From Eledone cirrhosa (Eukaryota): DNA of 64,000 bases. A program made the position numbers and the translations under genes. The stretch spans positions 320,974,001 through 321,038,000 of the forward strand of contig OZ024740.1 of assembly GCA_964016885.1 (NCBI GenBank), read 5' to 3'. Positions 25,740 to 37,475 of the stretch are shown one piece after another; the stretch's first letter is position 1, and each line of letters starts with the position of its first letter. The notes below the pieces were generated by a model. That model saw nothing but the letters and a program-made list of their open reading frames with translations. It did not search any database and was not told the origin of the DNA.

Positions 25740-25980
25740 CTCACATTTCCAAATTTCAAACACATAAAAACAGAAAAAGATCCCATAGAATTCAAAAGGT
25801 CTTTAGACAAATTCCTCCAAGAAATCCTGGATAAACCTCCTACACCTGGATATGTCCCTTTAAGCAATAACTCTCTACTTCAGTGGGCCATGGTGTCCAA
25901 ATCATGATTTGAAGGGCTTCGCCAGGTGGTGCTATTTAGTTATACATGTCCTGGGCCAATACTGGCCGAAACCTTTCAAA
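25740..25980 (+). mobile_element. 3' fragment of a CR1/L2-group LINE
   Basis: Encodes FKRSLDKFLQEILDKPPTPGYVPLSNNSLLQW, resembling the RT C-terminus of this group. Confidence 0.6.
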
Positions 25981-26006
25981 GTTAGACCCTTCATTATGTA
26001 TGTATG

Positions 26007-26050
<44 letters not shown>

Positions 26051-26057
<7 letters not shown>

Positions 26058-26721
26058 GAACTAAGGAAAAATATAAACGAACTAAGGAAAAAATTAGAGA
26101 TAAGAGGGATCAGATGTTGTTTACTCGAGAGAAGGCTGCGTTGGTATGGACACGTGATGCGCATGAAAGTCGATAGCTGTATTACAAAGTGCAGGGCAAT
26201 AAAGATAGACGGTAGCCACGGAATAGGCAGACCTAGAAAAACATGGGATGAGCTGATAAACTCCGACCTCACACACTTACACCTCTCCAAGACAATGTCA
26301 CTGGACCGTGACCTTTGGCGGTACTCAGTAACAGAGAAGACCCGCCTTGCCAGTAGGCATCTCTAACAAAATACACCCCGTCCCGCCACCACCCCCACCC
26401 CATCCACACCACCCCGTTCTATGTAAAGTTATGTTGGTGCCGCGCCATCCAGGCCGAAACAAATGAGATCGTGTAGGTGTCACGACAAAAAAACACACAG
26501 TCCACGCTGTAATGTGGCCGTGTAGGCAACACGGTAAAAACCTCCCAGACCCACACTGTAAATGTGGTTGGTGTTAGGAAGGGCATCCAACTGTAGAAAA
26601 CCTGCCAGACAGTCCTATGCGAGCAAGACAATCACTCTTGCCTCAAGTGGGACTACCCCCGTCCAAACCCATGCAAGCGTGGAACACGGACGTTAAACGT
26701 TGATGATGATGATGATGATGA

Positions 26722-26724
<3 letters not shown>
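26051..26724 (+). mobile_element. 5'-truncated RTE LINE inserted into (TA)n
   Basis: Encodes INELRKKLEIRGIRCCLLERRLRWYGHVMRM...; has the 3' UTR and (GAT)n tail, with (TA)n on both sides. Confidence 0.92.
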
Positions 26725-26758
<34 letters not shown>

Positions 26759-27117
26759 TAAGTACATTATATGAAAATAATAGGATGATAATTTATAAGT
26801 ATAAAATTCATAATTACACCCTGTATGAAATGACATGGTAGGTGTCATTTAAGTTTTAGAATAGACACGAGTATGATTTAGAACCACTTGGTTTTGGGTT
26901 TAGTCTCCATGTGTGGCACCTTAGTTAAGTGTTTTCTACTACAGGCCAGGCCAACCAGTGCCTTGTGAGTGAATTGGTAGATGGAAACTGAAAGGAAGCA
27001 CATGTGTGTTTGTGGGAGAAAGAAAAAGAGAACAATCAGCAAGGAAAAGCAACATAGGAGAATAATACAGTACAATGATGATATATATTAGTTTACTGCT
27101 TGATATTGTAGGAATAG

Positions 27118-27153
27118 TCTTAACATTTCAGATGTTAGTCCTTCATCAGAAGA
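27118..27153 (-). ncRNA. Minimal type I hammerhead-ribozyme-like motif (Penelope type)
   Basis: Minus strand reads TCTT CTGATGA AGGACTAACATCT GAAA TGTT AAGA: both core boxes, short stem II and stem I TCTT/AAGA. Confidence 0.55.
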
Positions 27154-28294
27154 TAGAACAAGAGAAAGAAGTAATAGAATGATAGACAAGAGTAAGAAAA
27201 GAAAAGAAAATGGAGAGTAAAATTTGGTTTCAGAAAGAAGACATTTGTAGTTAGGTATTTTGGGAAAATATATATAGTGTGTGTGTCAGTTACTGAGAAT
27301 GTCATTGACACTCTTTTAAAACGCTAGTGGAAGCATGGAATAAGTAAACGTAAAAACAATGATGATGATCATCATCGTTTAATGTCCATTTTCCACACTA
27401 GCTTGGGTTAGACAGATTGTTCTATTTGAAGCAAGTCAGGCCTGGTGACCGTGTCTTGATCATACTGAACTATTTCTGGTGCGGTTTTTATGGCTGGATG
27501 CCCTTCCTAACACCAACCAAATTTACAGTGTGTGCTGGGTGCTTTTTGCTATGTCTCCTACATGACCACGTTACTGTGTGTACTGGGTGCTTTTTTGTTG
27601 ACACCTACACGACCACTTTACAGTGTGGGCTGGGTGCTTTTTGTCGTAGCCCCCAAACAATCACTTCACAACGTAGACTAGGGATTTTGGTGGGGGAGGT
27701 GTGCGCGGATGATAATGAATTTCTAATTCACTATCAATATCATCATCTCTGAAACCCCAAAGTTGAAATGATCACATTAGAAATAAAGCTGACATTTTGT
27801 AGGAAAATATGTAATTAATATTTGAGAAATACATTAATTTTACAAATGGCACTAATTCTCTGTAATCACTTAGTTACTTTATATATATTTCTATCAAAAT
27901 ATTGACATCTTGTTCACCTACTATTTCTAGAAGGAATCTTTCTATATCTTTAAGAAAGTTGCTATATCTTTAACCCTTTTGATACCAAACCGCCTGAATT
28001 TGCCCCTAGATTATATTTTAAAGTGTTTGTATTCATTTAAAACCCTTCCAACATAATTTGATGTAAGAACTTTTGTTAAGTCATATTCCAAATACCAGCT
28101 TAATAATGAGAAAGTTTATTGTATTATTAAATCTTCAAAATGACTTGAAAATTATAATCAGTGTTTTTCATTTGAAATTGAAGGGGTTAAGATAGTTGCT
28201 GTTTCTTTAAGATAGTTACTTGATGTGTGTTTCTGGTGAAGTAATTTCAATATTAATTTTTAGAAATAAATTTTCTTTTTATTTATTTTTTCAG

Positions 28295-28455
28295 GTCACA
28301 ACGCTAATTCTTTGGCTCCACCTAGCTCTGGTTCAAGTCACAGTCAGGGAAATAGTCCAACTAAAATCCATAGTGCAAGGGGTTCACCTACCAACCAATC
28401 TGAACAAATGCGGCCACGAGCAAAATCAGTGGAATCTGAACTTGGACAGCATGTG
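28295..28455 (+). CDS. BRAF: Raf hinge exon (Ser/Pro-rich)
   Basis: Long polypyrimidine tract ending tcag, donor GTAGAT; 161 nt, phase 1-0. Encodes HNANSLAPPSSGSSHSQGNSPTKIHSARGSPTNQSEQMRPRAKSVESELGQHV. Confidence 0.88.
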
Positions 28456-29454
28456 GTAGATAATTTATTACACACGTGCACACACACACACACACACACA
28501 TATATAAATGTACTCACTTAAAAATATTTTTTATATATAAGGATTAAACCAAATTATAGTGTATAACTGTTTCAAATTTTAAATTTGTAGAGCTACCATA
28601 TAGCAACTGGTTTTGACTGCTATCTTTAGCGCCCTTTATGACCAGTCCTGTAAAATCTACCTTTCTGTAAGATGTTAATTTTGGTACCATGTGGTTTTAT
28701 TATGAGTGTCTTGATTGGACAGATTGCTGGTTAGTGTACAATGTGTGATTTATATAGAAAAGACTTGGTACTCTCACTGATGAATGGAAATTTTCCTGTG
28801 GTCTTGAAGTTTATTACAAAAATTGATAATTGGTGATTGATACCAATCATTGAAATCGATTATAACCATCATATTCTGGATTTCCATGAAACGGCCATCT
28901 AAGAATTTTAAATTTAAGCGAGTACATTTATTATTTGTTTTATACAGTGAAATTCCGTTATAATGAAATTAACAGGGTATTAAAAAAAAATCTTTATAAC
29001 TAGATTGACCTAACACATCAAGTGTGTGGCCAGGAATTGAAAAAAATTTTGTTATACTGAAAAATTTGATATATGAAAAAGATTTTTTATATCGCCTTTA
29101 AATTTGTAAAAAATTTGCCCCGTGAGCTTTCTGTGTTGAGTAATAATCACTATATATGGATTAAACCAAATTATAGTATATATATATATATATATAAATA
29201 AATATACAGAGATAGATAACTTGTTAAATCATCATCATTTAACATTGACTTTCCCTGCTATATATTCAATTATATAGTTTATTATATATTTTAAATTGAT
29301 TAATTATGTATATATAGCAATAATATAATATTTGCTATATAGGGTGAGTCATTTACGTGTGAATGAGCCATTATAAAATTTCATATCTTGATCAAACGTA
29401 TCGAAGTTATTTACACAATAAAGATATACATCTAAAGTATTTGTATAAGTTTTG

Positions 29455-29785
29455 CATTCATGTCTAACACCTGTGGACATGCTTACAAAATTAGAAAACA
29501 GTACAGCTCCTATGACCTTTGGAAACTTTTTTTCCTGCTCAGAGTTGCTGAAGCATGGAGCAAACTACCTGCATCAGTTATTAACTGTCGGGACTCTGCA
29601 TCCTTTAAAACTTCCATGCTTCTTGAAATTCGCCAACACTACACCTGATATTCTCTCGCCATACACAAGCATGCATGTGTGTGTTTGTTTCTGTGTGTAT
29701 ATCATGACTCATACACTATGCACTTTTGATCAGTTGTAGTGCACCTGAGTACTGTACACAATAATTTTCATTATTATTTTATTAT
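29455..29785 (+). mobile_element. 5'-truncated CR1 LINE 3' end
   Basis: Near copy of 33670-34020. Further minus-strand copies at ~39107-39180, 40330-40545, 55985-56240, 58000-58180 and 60185-60450. Confidence 0.9.
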
Positions 29786-30117
29786 TGCATTCATACCAAC
29801 AAGTTAGTGTCTTTTGCTTTTTTAGTGAAAGAATAATTCATTGTTGGGGGGGAAAATCTGCAATAATAAGAAAATAAAATGAGGGAAAATTAAACATAAA
29901 AAGAAAAAATTGGATGTACACTTTTATTGTGTAAAAATATTTGTTGGCATAAATAAATAGAAATAGCTTTTATAGTGGTTCACAGTTAAATGGCTCATTC
30001 TGTATATGTTTTAAAAATATTTCTGTATAAAACAATTTTATAAATTGCCAGATATTACTTGGGTATCATATGGTTTATCACATCTTTACTTATTTCATCT
30101 TATTTTATCATTGATAG

Positions 30118-30314
30118 CGACTACGACGAGATTCAAATGAAGAATGGGAACTTCCTGATAAGGAAATTATTTTAATTCGTCGAATTGGTTCTGGATCATT
30201 TGGAACGGTATTCTGTGGCCATTGGCATGGTCCAGTGGCTGTGAAGAAACTGAATGTAGTTGATCCAACACCTGCACAATTGGAAGCTTTCAAAAATGAA
30301 GTTGCTGTCTTAAA
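30118..30314 (+). CDS. BRAF: Raf exon: N-terminal acidic motif, P-loop and alphaC
   Basis: Acceptor ttgatag, donor GTATGT; 197 nt, phase 0-2. Encodes [65 protein letters not shown]. Confidence 0.97.
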
Positions 30315-30969
30315 GTATGTATCTGTTTGGCTTCTCCATTGTTTCTTGTGTGTGCATAAATTCTGTCTGCCTCTCCTATTTCTCTCTCTCTCCATTTTAT
30401 GTTCACTCTCCATACTGGCAAAGGTCGAATATGAGTTGCTATGCTCTTAATCACTTGTAAAGAGCTACTGTCTTCCTAAACAGGTTGTAGGACCACATCT
30501 CACTTGTACATTCCATTTTTGGCATGGCCTCAAGTGTATTGTGTGTATTTTATCATGCTACAGACGCTAGAGAAGTTATGGAGGGAGGCTCAAATACTAC
30601 TAGAGAATAGACTCTTCAAAATGTATCCAAATGCATTGGATTAAGTCTACCACAGTAGGATTTGAACTCGGAATGCACAGAGCTGGAACAAATACCATCT
30701 TGTTTCCTACTTTAATAATTCCAGGATGAAAGGTAAAGTTGACATTGGTGGAATTTGAATTCAGAGAGCCAGAAAAAATATGGCAAAGCATTTTGTCTTA
30801 AACTCTAATGACTCTACCAATTTCCCACTTTGGTAGAACTAAAGGGTTCTCTCTTTCTTATTTTGTCTCCGCTTGATCACTACCCTCTTTACAGAGTGTT
30901 CTAGGTGACACCAACACTTGAGAATTTACCATGATAGAGTACTTTATATGTCATTGTTCTTTGAATGCA

Positions 30970-33900
30970 AACGTTATGAAGATTGTGATTAGAACAGCTG
31001 GTCTGAGTGTGCTCTACCCACAATAACTGGCAATGAAAAAACTGCAACAACTCTGGGAAACTAAACCAGAACAACCTGCCATCCTCTACACACCATCATA
31101 AACTGCAAGCAGGGTACAAATTGTTGTCCTTAAATGCTCGCTTATGCAAAAAGATACATCTGTTTAACTCCTACGTCAGAAGCATCGACCCTGACTTCAT
31201 CACAGTCGCGGAAACCTGGGCACATTCCTCACTCTGTGATGGGGTTTTCAGCATTACTGGGTACAACCTTTTCCGCAAGGACTGCATTAATCGCCGTGGT
31301 GGTGGTGTGATGGTCTACGTTCGTTCAAACTTTTCGGTAATTCCTTGCGTTGATTTGAACGAATCACAAGAAGTAGTTTTTTTTTGTGACATACATATGA
31401 CCATGTCAACACTTCTGCTTGGTGTTGTTTATTGCCCCCCAAACTACCATCAGGACACACAGCTTTGCGATATCCTCAGCTGCTGCTGCCAGGAAAACAG
31501 CCACTTATGTGTTTATTGCAGGTGACTTCAATCATCCTGAGATCGATTGGGAAACCTTTCGTTGGCCACAAAATGCAAACGATTTCCTTGAGCTAGTGCT
31601 GGGCTCAAACTGGTCACAAGTAGTCACCTCTCCAACAAGAGGTGATAACACTTCACCACTACTCCTGAAGTGGTTATCAGTTGTACTACTGAGGAACCTC
31701 TAGGCGACTCTGATCATGCTATGATCATTGCCAATCTGGCTCTTGCGGGCAGCAACAAAAACCAGAACCATCTCCGATCTGCTTGCTTTGATTGGAAGAA
31801 AGCAGATTGGAACTTGTACTGCACTGAGCTACAGCGCTCAAACTGGCATGAGTTCTATAACTCTGGAGATGTGAACACTATACTCCAGAGCATCCTGGAC
31901 TCAATATGGATACCGTGTGCAGCATCGGTGCCACGTAAGCAGAAAAAACCCCACTCCAAAAGTGCAATTTGGGAAACTTCAGCGGTCCGACTTGCCAGGA
32001 AAGAACGACGGAATGCTGAACGGGAATATAAACTGCAGATATAAATCAGATGCCAACAGAAAAAAGCGGAATAAATCTTCCAACCATCTCGAGCAAGTGA
32101 CAAAAAAGGCAGTGCTTGAATTTGAACAGTGCATAGCAACCAATCCTGACAGTAAGGTGTTCTGGAAATATGTTCATTCAAAGCAGAGACCTCACTCTCC
32201 AGTTGGTCCTCTTCGCAATCCCCACACAAGCCAGATCACTGACGATCCCAAAGAATGCGCAGAACTCATTCCTGAGCGCTATGCAAGCATTTTTACTGTT
32301 GAAAACCAGAATGTACCATCTCTAACATCAAATTCCATAAGAACTATGGAATTTACACCTGCAATGTTGCGACGTCACCTTAAGAATAAGCGCAACTATG
32401 CCTCCCCTGGTCTTGATGGTGTTACATACCTGTTTCTCAAACGTGGCGGGTACTTCCTTTTGCACCAGATTTCTTTCTTTCAATACTGTCTCAACAATGG
32501 TGCTACTCCGGAGCAATGGAAAACTGCCAGTGTCATTCCCCTGTTCAAAAAGGGTGACCGCACGTCACCTGTCAACTATCGTCCAGTCAGTCTTACTAGC
32601 GGCATTGCCAAACTGATGGAATCCTGTGTCAGAGAAACACTTTGGAACTTCTGGAGCTCTCACAGCCTCATCCGGCCCTCGGAGTTTGGATTTATCCCTA
32701 ACTCCAGCTGCTGTGATCAGCTTATTGAGTTCCTTGAAGACATTACCCAGATCATTGACAGCGGCTCATGGGTAGATGTTGTTTACCTTGACTTCGCTAA
32801 GGCTTTTAATTCTGTGCCACACAAAAGACTTATGGCAAAACTCTCTGCAATGGGTGTGAGGTATGATCTTTTTAACTGGTTGAAATCCTTCATTCTCAGC
32901 CGAAAAGAGGTAGTCACGGTTCTAGGACAGCATTCTTCACCATATGAGATGTCATCTGGTGTACCACAGGGATCTGTTCTTGGTCCCCTTTTGTTTGTGG
33001 CATATATTAATGACATAGATGCCAACTTAAAGACTGCCACGGTACTGAAATATGCAGATGACATCAAGCTGTACCTTGAAATCAAAAGGACTGATCCTGA
33101 AATCTACAACTCTTTCCTACAATCAGACCTGGACACAATGCAGCAATGGATCACTGACTGGCAACTGAAGCTGGCTGTGGACAAGTGTACCACCATGCAT
33201 TTTGGGAGAAAAAATCCAGCGTCCCCATACTCCCTCCACAACACTGATATCAAGAAGTCCTCTTGTGAACGTGACCTGGGCATTACTGTCAGCAGCGATT
33301 TTTGTTGGACAAAGCATGTCTCTAAGATTGTCAAGAAGGCCGAGGGTGTCTTGGCATCACTCAGCAAGACCTTTGTTAGCCGCTCTCCAGCCATCTATTT
33401 AAAGCTGTATACAGCTATGGTACGACCACACTTGGAATTCGCATCATCAGTCTGGAACCCCTATCTTGCTCAGAACATTGACCTGGAAACTGTTCAGAGA
33501 CATGCAACCAAGCGTATACCCTCCATCAAATACCTACCATACTCTGAACGCCTTGTTTCCCTGGGCATGGATTCATTGAAGCTCCGACGTCTGGCAATGG
33601 ACTTGGTAAACATCCACAAAGTTATTAACCATCTCGCCAACAACAACCCTGAGCACCTTTTTGATCTCCATGTGTCTAACACATGTGGACATGCCTACAA
33701 AATCAGAAAACAGCACAGCTCCCATGACTTTCGGAAACATTTTTTCACGCTCAGAGTTGCTGAAGCATGGAACAAACTGCCTGCGTCAGTTGTTAACTGC
33801 CGAGACACTGCATCCTTTAAAACCCTCATGCTTCCCGAAATACGCCAAAACTACACCTGATGTACCCCTTCCATACACATGCAGACATGTGTATGTCATG

Positions 33901-34020
33901 ACTCATGCACTGTTCATTTTCTTGACGTTTGTACATTACCTTATGTACTATACATACACTTTTTGATGAGTTGTAGTGCACCTGAGCACTGTACACAATA
34001 TTTCATTATTATCATTATTA
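30970..34020 (+). mobile_element. CR1-clade LINE with near-complete ORF2 (APE + RT), frameshifted in the APE region
   Basis: APE motifs AETW, GDFNHP and GDSDH are split over 31121-32044. RT ORF 31917-33860 has YRPVSLTS, LDFAKAF, GVPQGSVLGPLLF, YADD and the CR1 tail FFTLRVAEAWNKLP; ends in an (ATT)n tail. Confidence 0.96.
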
Positions 34021-34262
34021 TAGATCAGAGGGTAATTGCCAAGAGTTAATGGGTTTCTGTACTGTCTCTGTTTACTAACTTTACCCACAAGCCATACAGA
34101 GTAATATGCCTGTGATATTTAAACTCTATTCATATTTTCCATCTCGGGCAATGTTCTGTCTGTTTTCATCTTCTTTCTCTTAATTCAAATCCAACAATGT
34201 CTGGATTTAAAATTGCTATTTCGTAAAAGTAAAATATTTTCTTCCATTTCTTCTGTTTGCAG

Positions 34263-34439
34263 GAAAACTCGGCACTTAAACATCTTATTATTCATGGGTT
34301 ACACTATTGATCCGCAGCTTCAGATTGTCACCCAGTGGTGTGAAGGGTCAAGTCTTTACAAACGTTTACATGTAGAAGAAACCAAGTATGATATGTCTCA
34401 GTTAGTTGAAATAGGTCGGCAAACTTCACAAGGCATGGA
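34263..34439 (+). CDS. BRAF: Raf kinase exon (dimer interface, gatekeeper)
   Basis: Acceptor ctgtttgcag, donor GTAAGT; 177 nt, phase 2-2. Encodes [37 protein letters not shown]...QGM. Confidence 0.97.
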
Positions 34440-35982
34440 GTAAGTTGGCAGTCTAGTCTTATTATCAATGCAAATTTTATTTCACTATTGTCATATGTGT
34501 ATCATCATCATCATCATCATCATCATCATACGTCTATTTTTCATGTTTGCATGGGTTAGACAGATTGTCATTTTATGAGGCTAGGTGATCATGTTATGCT
34601 GTCATGCTCATAACGATCTGTGTTTTGGCTTAGTTTTCTATAGCTGGATGCTCTTTCTAGCACCAGCCACATTACAGCATGTACTGGGAGTATTTTTGCG
34701 GAACCACCACTACCACTGAGTGTTTGGATATTGTGGCATCAGTATGAAGAACATTGGATACTTGTTTTTGCCATGATATGACTGCCTTACAGGGTGGACT
34801 GGGTGCTTTTGTTATGGCACAAGTATGACCACCTTACAGAGTGGACTGGGTGCTTTTTGTTATGGTACTAGCACTATTGAAGAGCCAAGTTTGGAGCATG
34901 TCTGGCTTTCCATGCATGCATAGGTAGGACAGGGAAAGTGTATCAGGATGGGGGGGGGGGGGGTTGTCACCATCATTGTTAAATGTATATATACATACAT
35001 GTGTGGATGTGGATGTATGTGATCATCATTTTCTGTCTGTTTTTCATGGCTTGGATAAGTTGTCACACTTAGTCGGTGTGGCTGCCCTCCTAGACAGGTC
35101 AGAGACCATGTCTCATATATACATTCCAATTTTGGCACAGTTTCTACAGCTGGATGCCTTTCCTAACATCGACCATTTGTACCTATTGTACTGAGTGCAT
35201 ATTATCAAAACACCAACACCAGAGAGATTGTCATTTTCTTGATAAGACTAACAAGTCATCTCTAGTCTATATTGTCTCTATTCAATTTGATTGTCAACCG
35301 CTTTACAGAGTCATCATCATCATTTGATGTCTAGTTTCCATGCTTGCATGGGTAAGACAGGCTGTCATGTTATGAAGTCTGAAACATCATGTGATCTTGT
35401 CTTGCATATACACTCCATTTTTGGCTTGATTTTCTATGGTTGTATTTGTATTGAGTATATTTCATTGTGGCACCAACACATGAGAGGTTGTCATGTCCAG
35501 TGGAGAGGTTGTCATGTCCAGTGCAAGACTAAAGAAATCACCTCTCCATACCATGCAGTCACCATTCTTTCAAGGCAAACAGGATTGTGATGATGATGAC
35601 CAAGAGACTCACCTAACATCTACTGTCTGTGGTACAAATCATTTACTATTATGCCATCCCTATTGGTATCCTGTCATGTTGTTAATGCTGCTTCCCAACT
35701 ACTCCACTGAACTTCTTACCCACCACTCAGTCTCCCTCCCTTTTACCAAACCATCACTCGATTTCTCCCTTCTTACTCTCTTTTCTATCTATTCTTGATC
35801 AAGTTGCTACACAATGGACTAGAACCCATGGCTACATGGTTGCAATGCTTCTGTATGTCTGCATGCATATGTGCATGTATTTATTTATAAAGGCATTAAT
35901 CACAAACTTTATCTTAGAAGAATATTTTTAAAATTACTGAAACGCATATCTTAATTATATTTGTTTTTTTCTTTCATTACAG

Positions 35983-36029
35983 CTATTTACATGCCAAGTG
36001 TATCATCCATAGAGATTTGAAGTCTAACA
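35983..36029 (+). CDS. BRAF: Raf kinase exon, catalytic loop
   Basis: Acceptor ttcattacag; 47 nt, phase 2-1. Encodes YLHAKCIIHRDLKSN; followed by the U12-type donor GTATCCTTT. Confidence 0.97.
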
Positions 36030-36980
36030 GTATCCTTTGAAAATATTTTAAATTGAGATATTTTAAACATTGTGTCGATTTTGTTTCATCAAATTTAGTT
36101 GAAACAGGCTAAAAATTTGAGGAATTTCAGGAAACAGTTGTCTTCAATTAAATTTCTTTCCAATAATTTTAGTATTTATAATAATATTATATATAATATA
36201 TATATATATTAAAAACAAAAAGGAAAGGAGTCAATCATCAGATCAGACTAAAGAAACAATGTTTTCGTTGGTCTTTCCATTGCTAATGCTATTTACAAGT
36301 CATACCTCCTGGTTAGAAGAATGTGATATATAGTATTTTGCTCGAGAATACAATGTACTGTTCTGACCAGGAATCAAACCCACAGCCTTATGATCATGCA
36401 ACTAACACTAGAACCAGTAGGCTACATAAATATATAGTATTTATATAATTTTGCACAGACAATGGCTGGCAACACCCTCTGCAACAGCCACCTCTCCTCG
36501 TGGGGCTCTTTCCTCAGACGGGCTGCTGTCGTTCCGATCTTGCGGAGGAGCCCAGCAATACGGGGTCCAAGTATGCTTAAGCTCTCAACAGCAACCGGTA
36601 CGAAGGGGAAGCCACTGAAAAATCCCTGGTATTTATCTGTCTTCCATTTCTCTGCATTGCAGGCCATAGTACTGGGGTTTGTGGCCGAAGCAACTAAGTT
36701 GGAGGTGGAGAACCCGTCACATGGGGCATCCCAAATGAAGGATCTACCTTGTTCGAATGGGAAGAGGGTAATTAAATTGACAGTCGTTTGGATGTTGGAT
36801 TAAAACTGCTTCAATATTTGTTCCAGCTTATAGCATTCCAAGCTGGAGAAAGATAGGTTTCACCAGATTTAAAATATCCAAGACGTGTCGGGTTGGCACT
36901 CTTACTACTCTATCAGCCCTTTTTCCCATTAGTCGATTGCATATTAACAGAATTATCTCCCTTAATCTGTTGCTCTTCAG
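36030..36980 (+). other. U12-type (minor spliceosome) GT-AG intron
   Basis: 5' splice site GTATCCTTT (36030); branch site TCCCTTAAT (36958-36966), ~15 nt before CAG; no long polypyrimidine tract. Confidence 0.93.
36440..36895 (-). mobile_element. Degenerate fragment of an RLE-type (CRE-like) non-LTR retrotransposon
   Basis: Minus strand translates TLFPFEQGRSFIWDAPC...AEKWKTDKY...FVPVAVESLSILG...LLQRV, resembling the restriction-like endonuclease C-terminus. Confidence 0.7.
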
Positions 36981-37099
36981 ATATATTTTTGACGGAGGAC
37001 TTCACTGTGAAAATTGGTGACTTTGGTCTGGCAACTGTGAAAGCGAGGTGGAGTGGCTCCCATCAGTTCCAACAGCCGACCGGTTCCATACTATGGATG
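36981..37099 (+). CDS. BRAF: Raf kinase exon, DFG and activation segment
   Basis: 119 nt, phase 1-0. Encodes [39 protein letters not shown]; donor GTAAAA. Confidence 0.97.
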
Positions 37100-37437
37100 G
37101 TAAAATTTTTTATTCATATCATAAATTTATTTCCTGAAATTCGAAAAGTTAGAAATTGTTTTTTGGTTCATCATCATTTTCTGTTCCTTTCCACAATGGT
37201 ATGTGTTGGACGACTTGTCACGATCTGAGACCATATGTGTCAGAGTGACCAGTCTTGTTCATTATGTTCTATAGTTGGCATGGTTTCTACGACTGAATGC
37301 CCATCCTAATGCCAACTACATTCTAGTATGTGCTGGGATTGTGTTTGTGACACCAGCATTAGATAAGTTGTTACCTGCTAAGCCATTCGATTTTGATTAT
37401 CATATTCTGTAACCTCTAGTGTCACTGTGTGTATGTT

Positions 37438-37473
<36 letters not shown>

Positions 37474-37475
<2 letters not shown>

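Noticed and set aside
28777-28792. CTGATGA-ATG-GAAA (and other isolated CTGATGA hits at 6088, 37813, 51270, 58416)
   Set aside because: No stem II or flanking helices; chance matches, not hammerheads.
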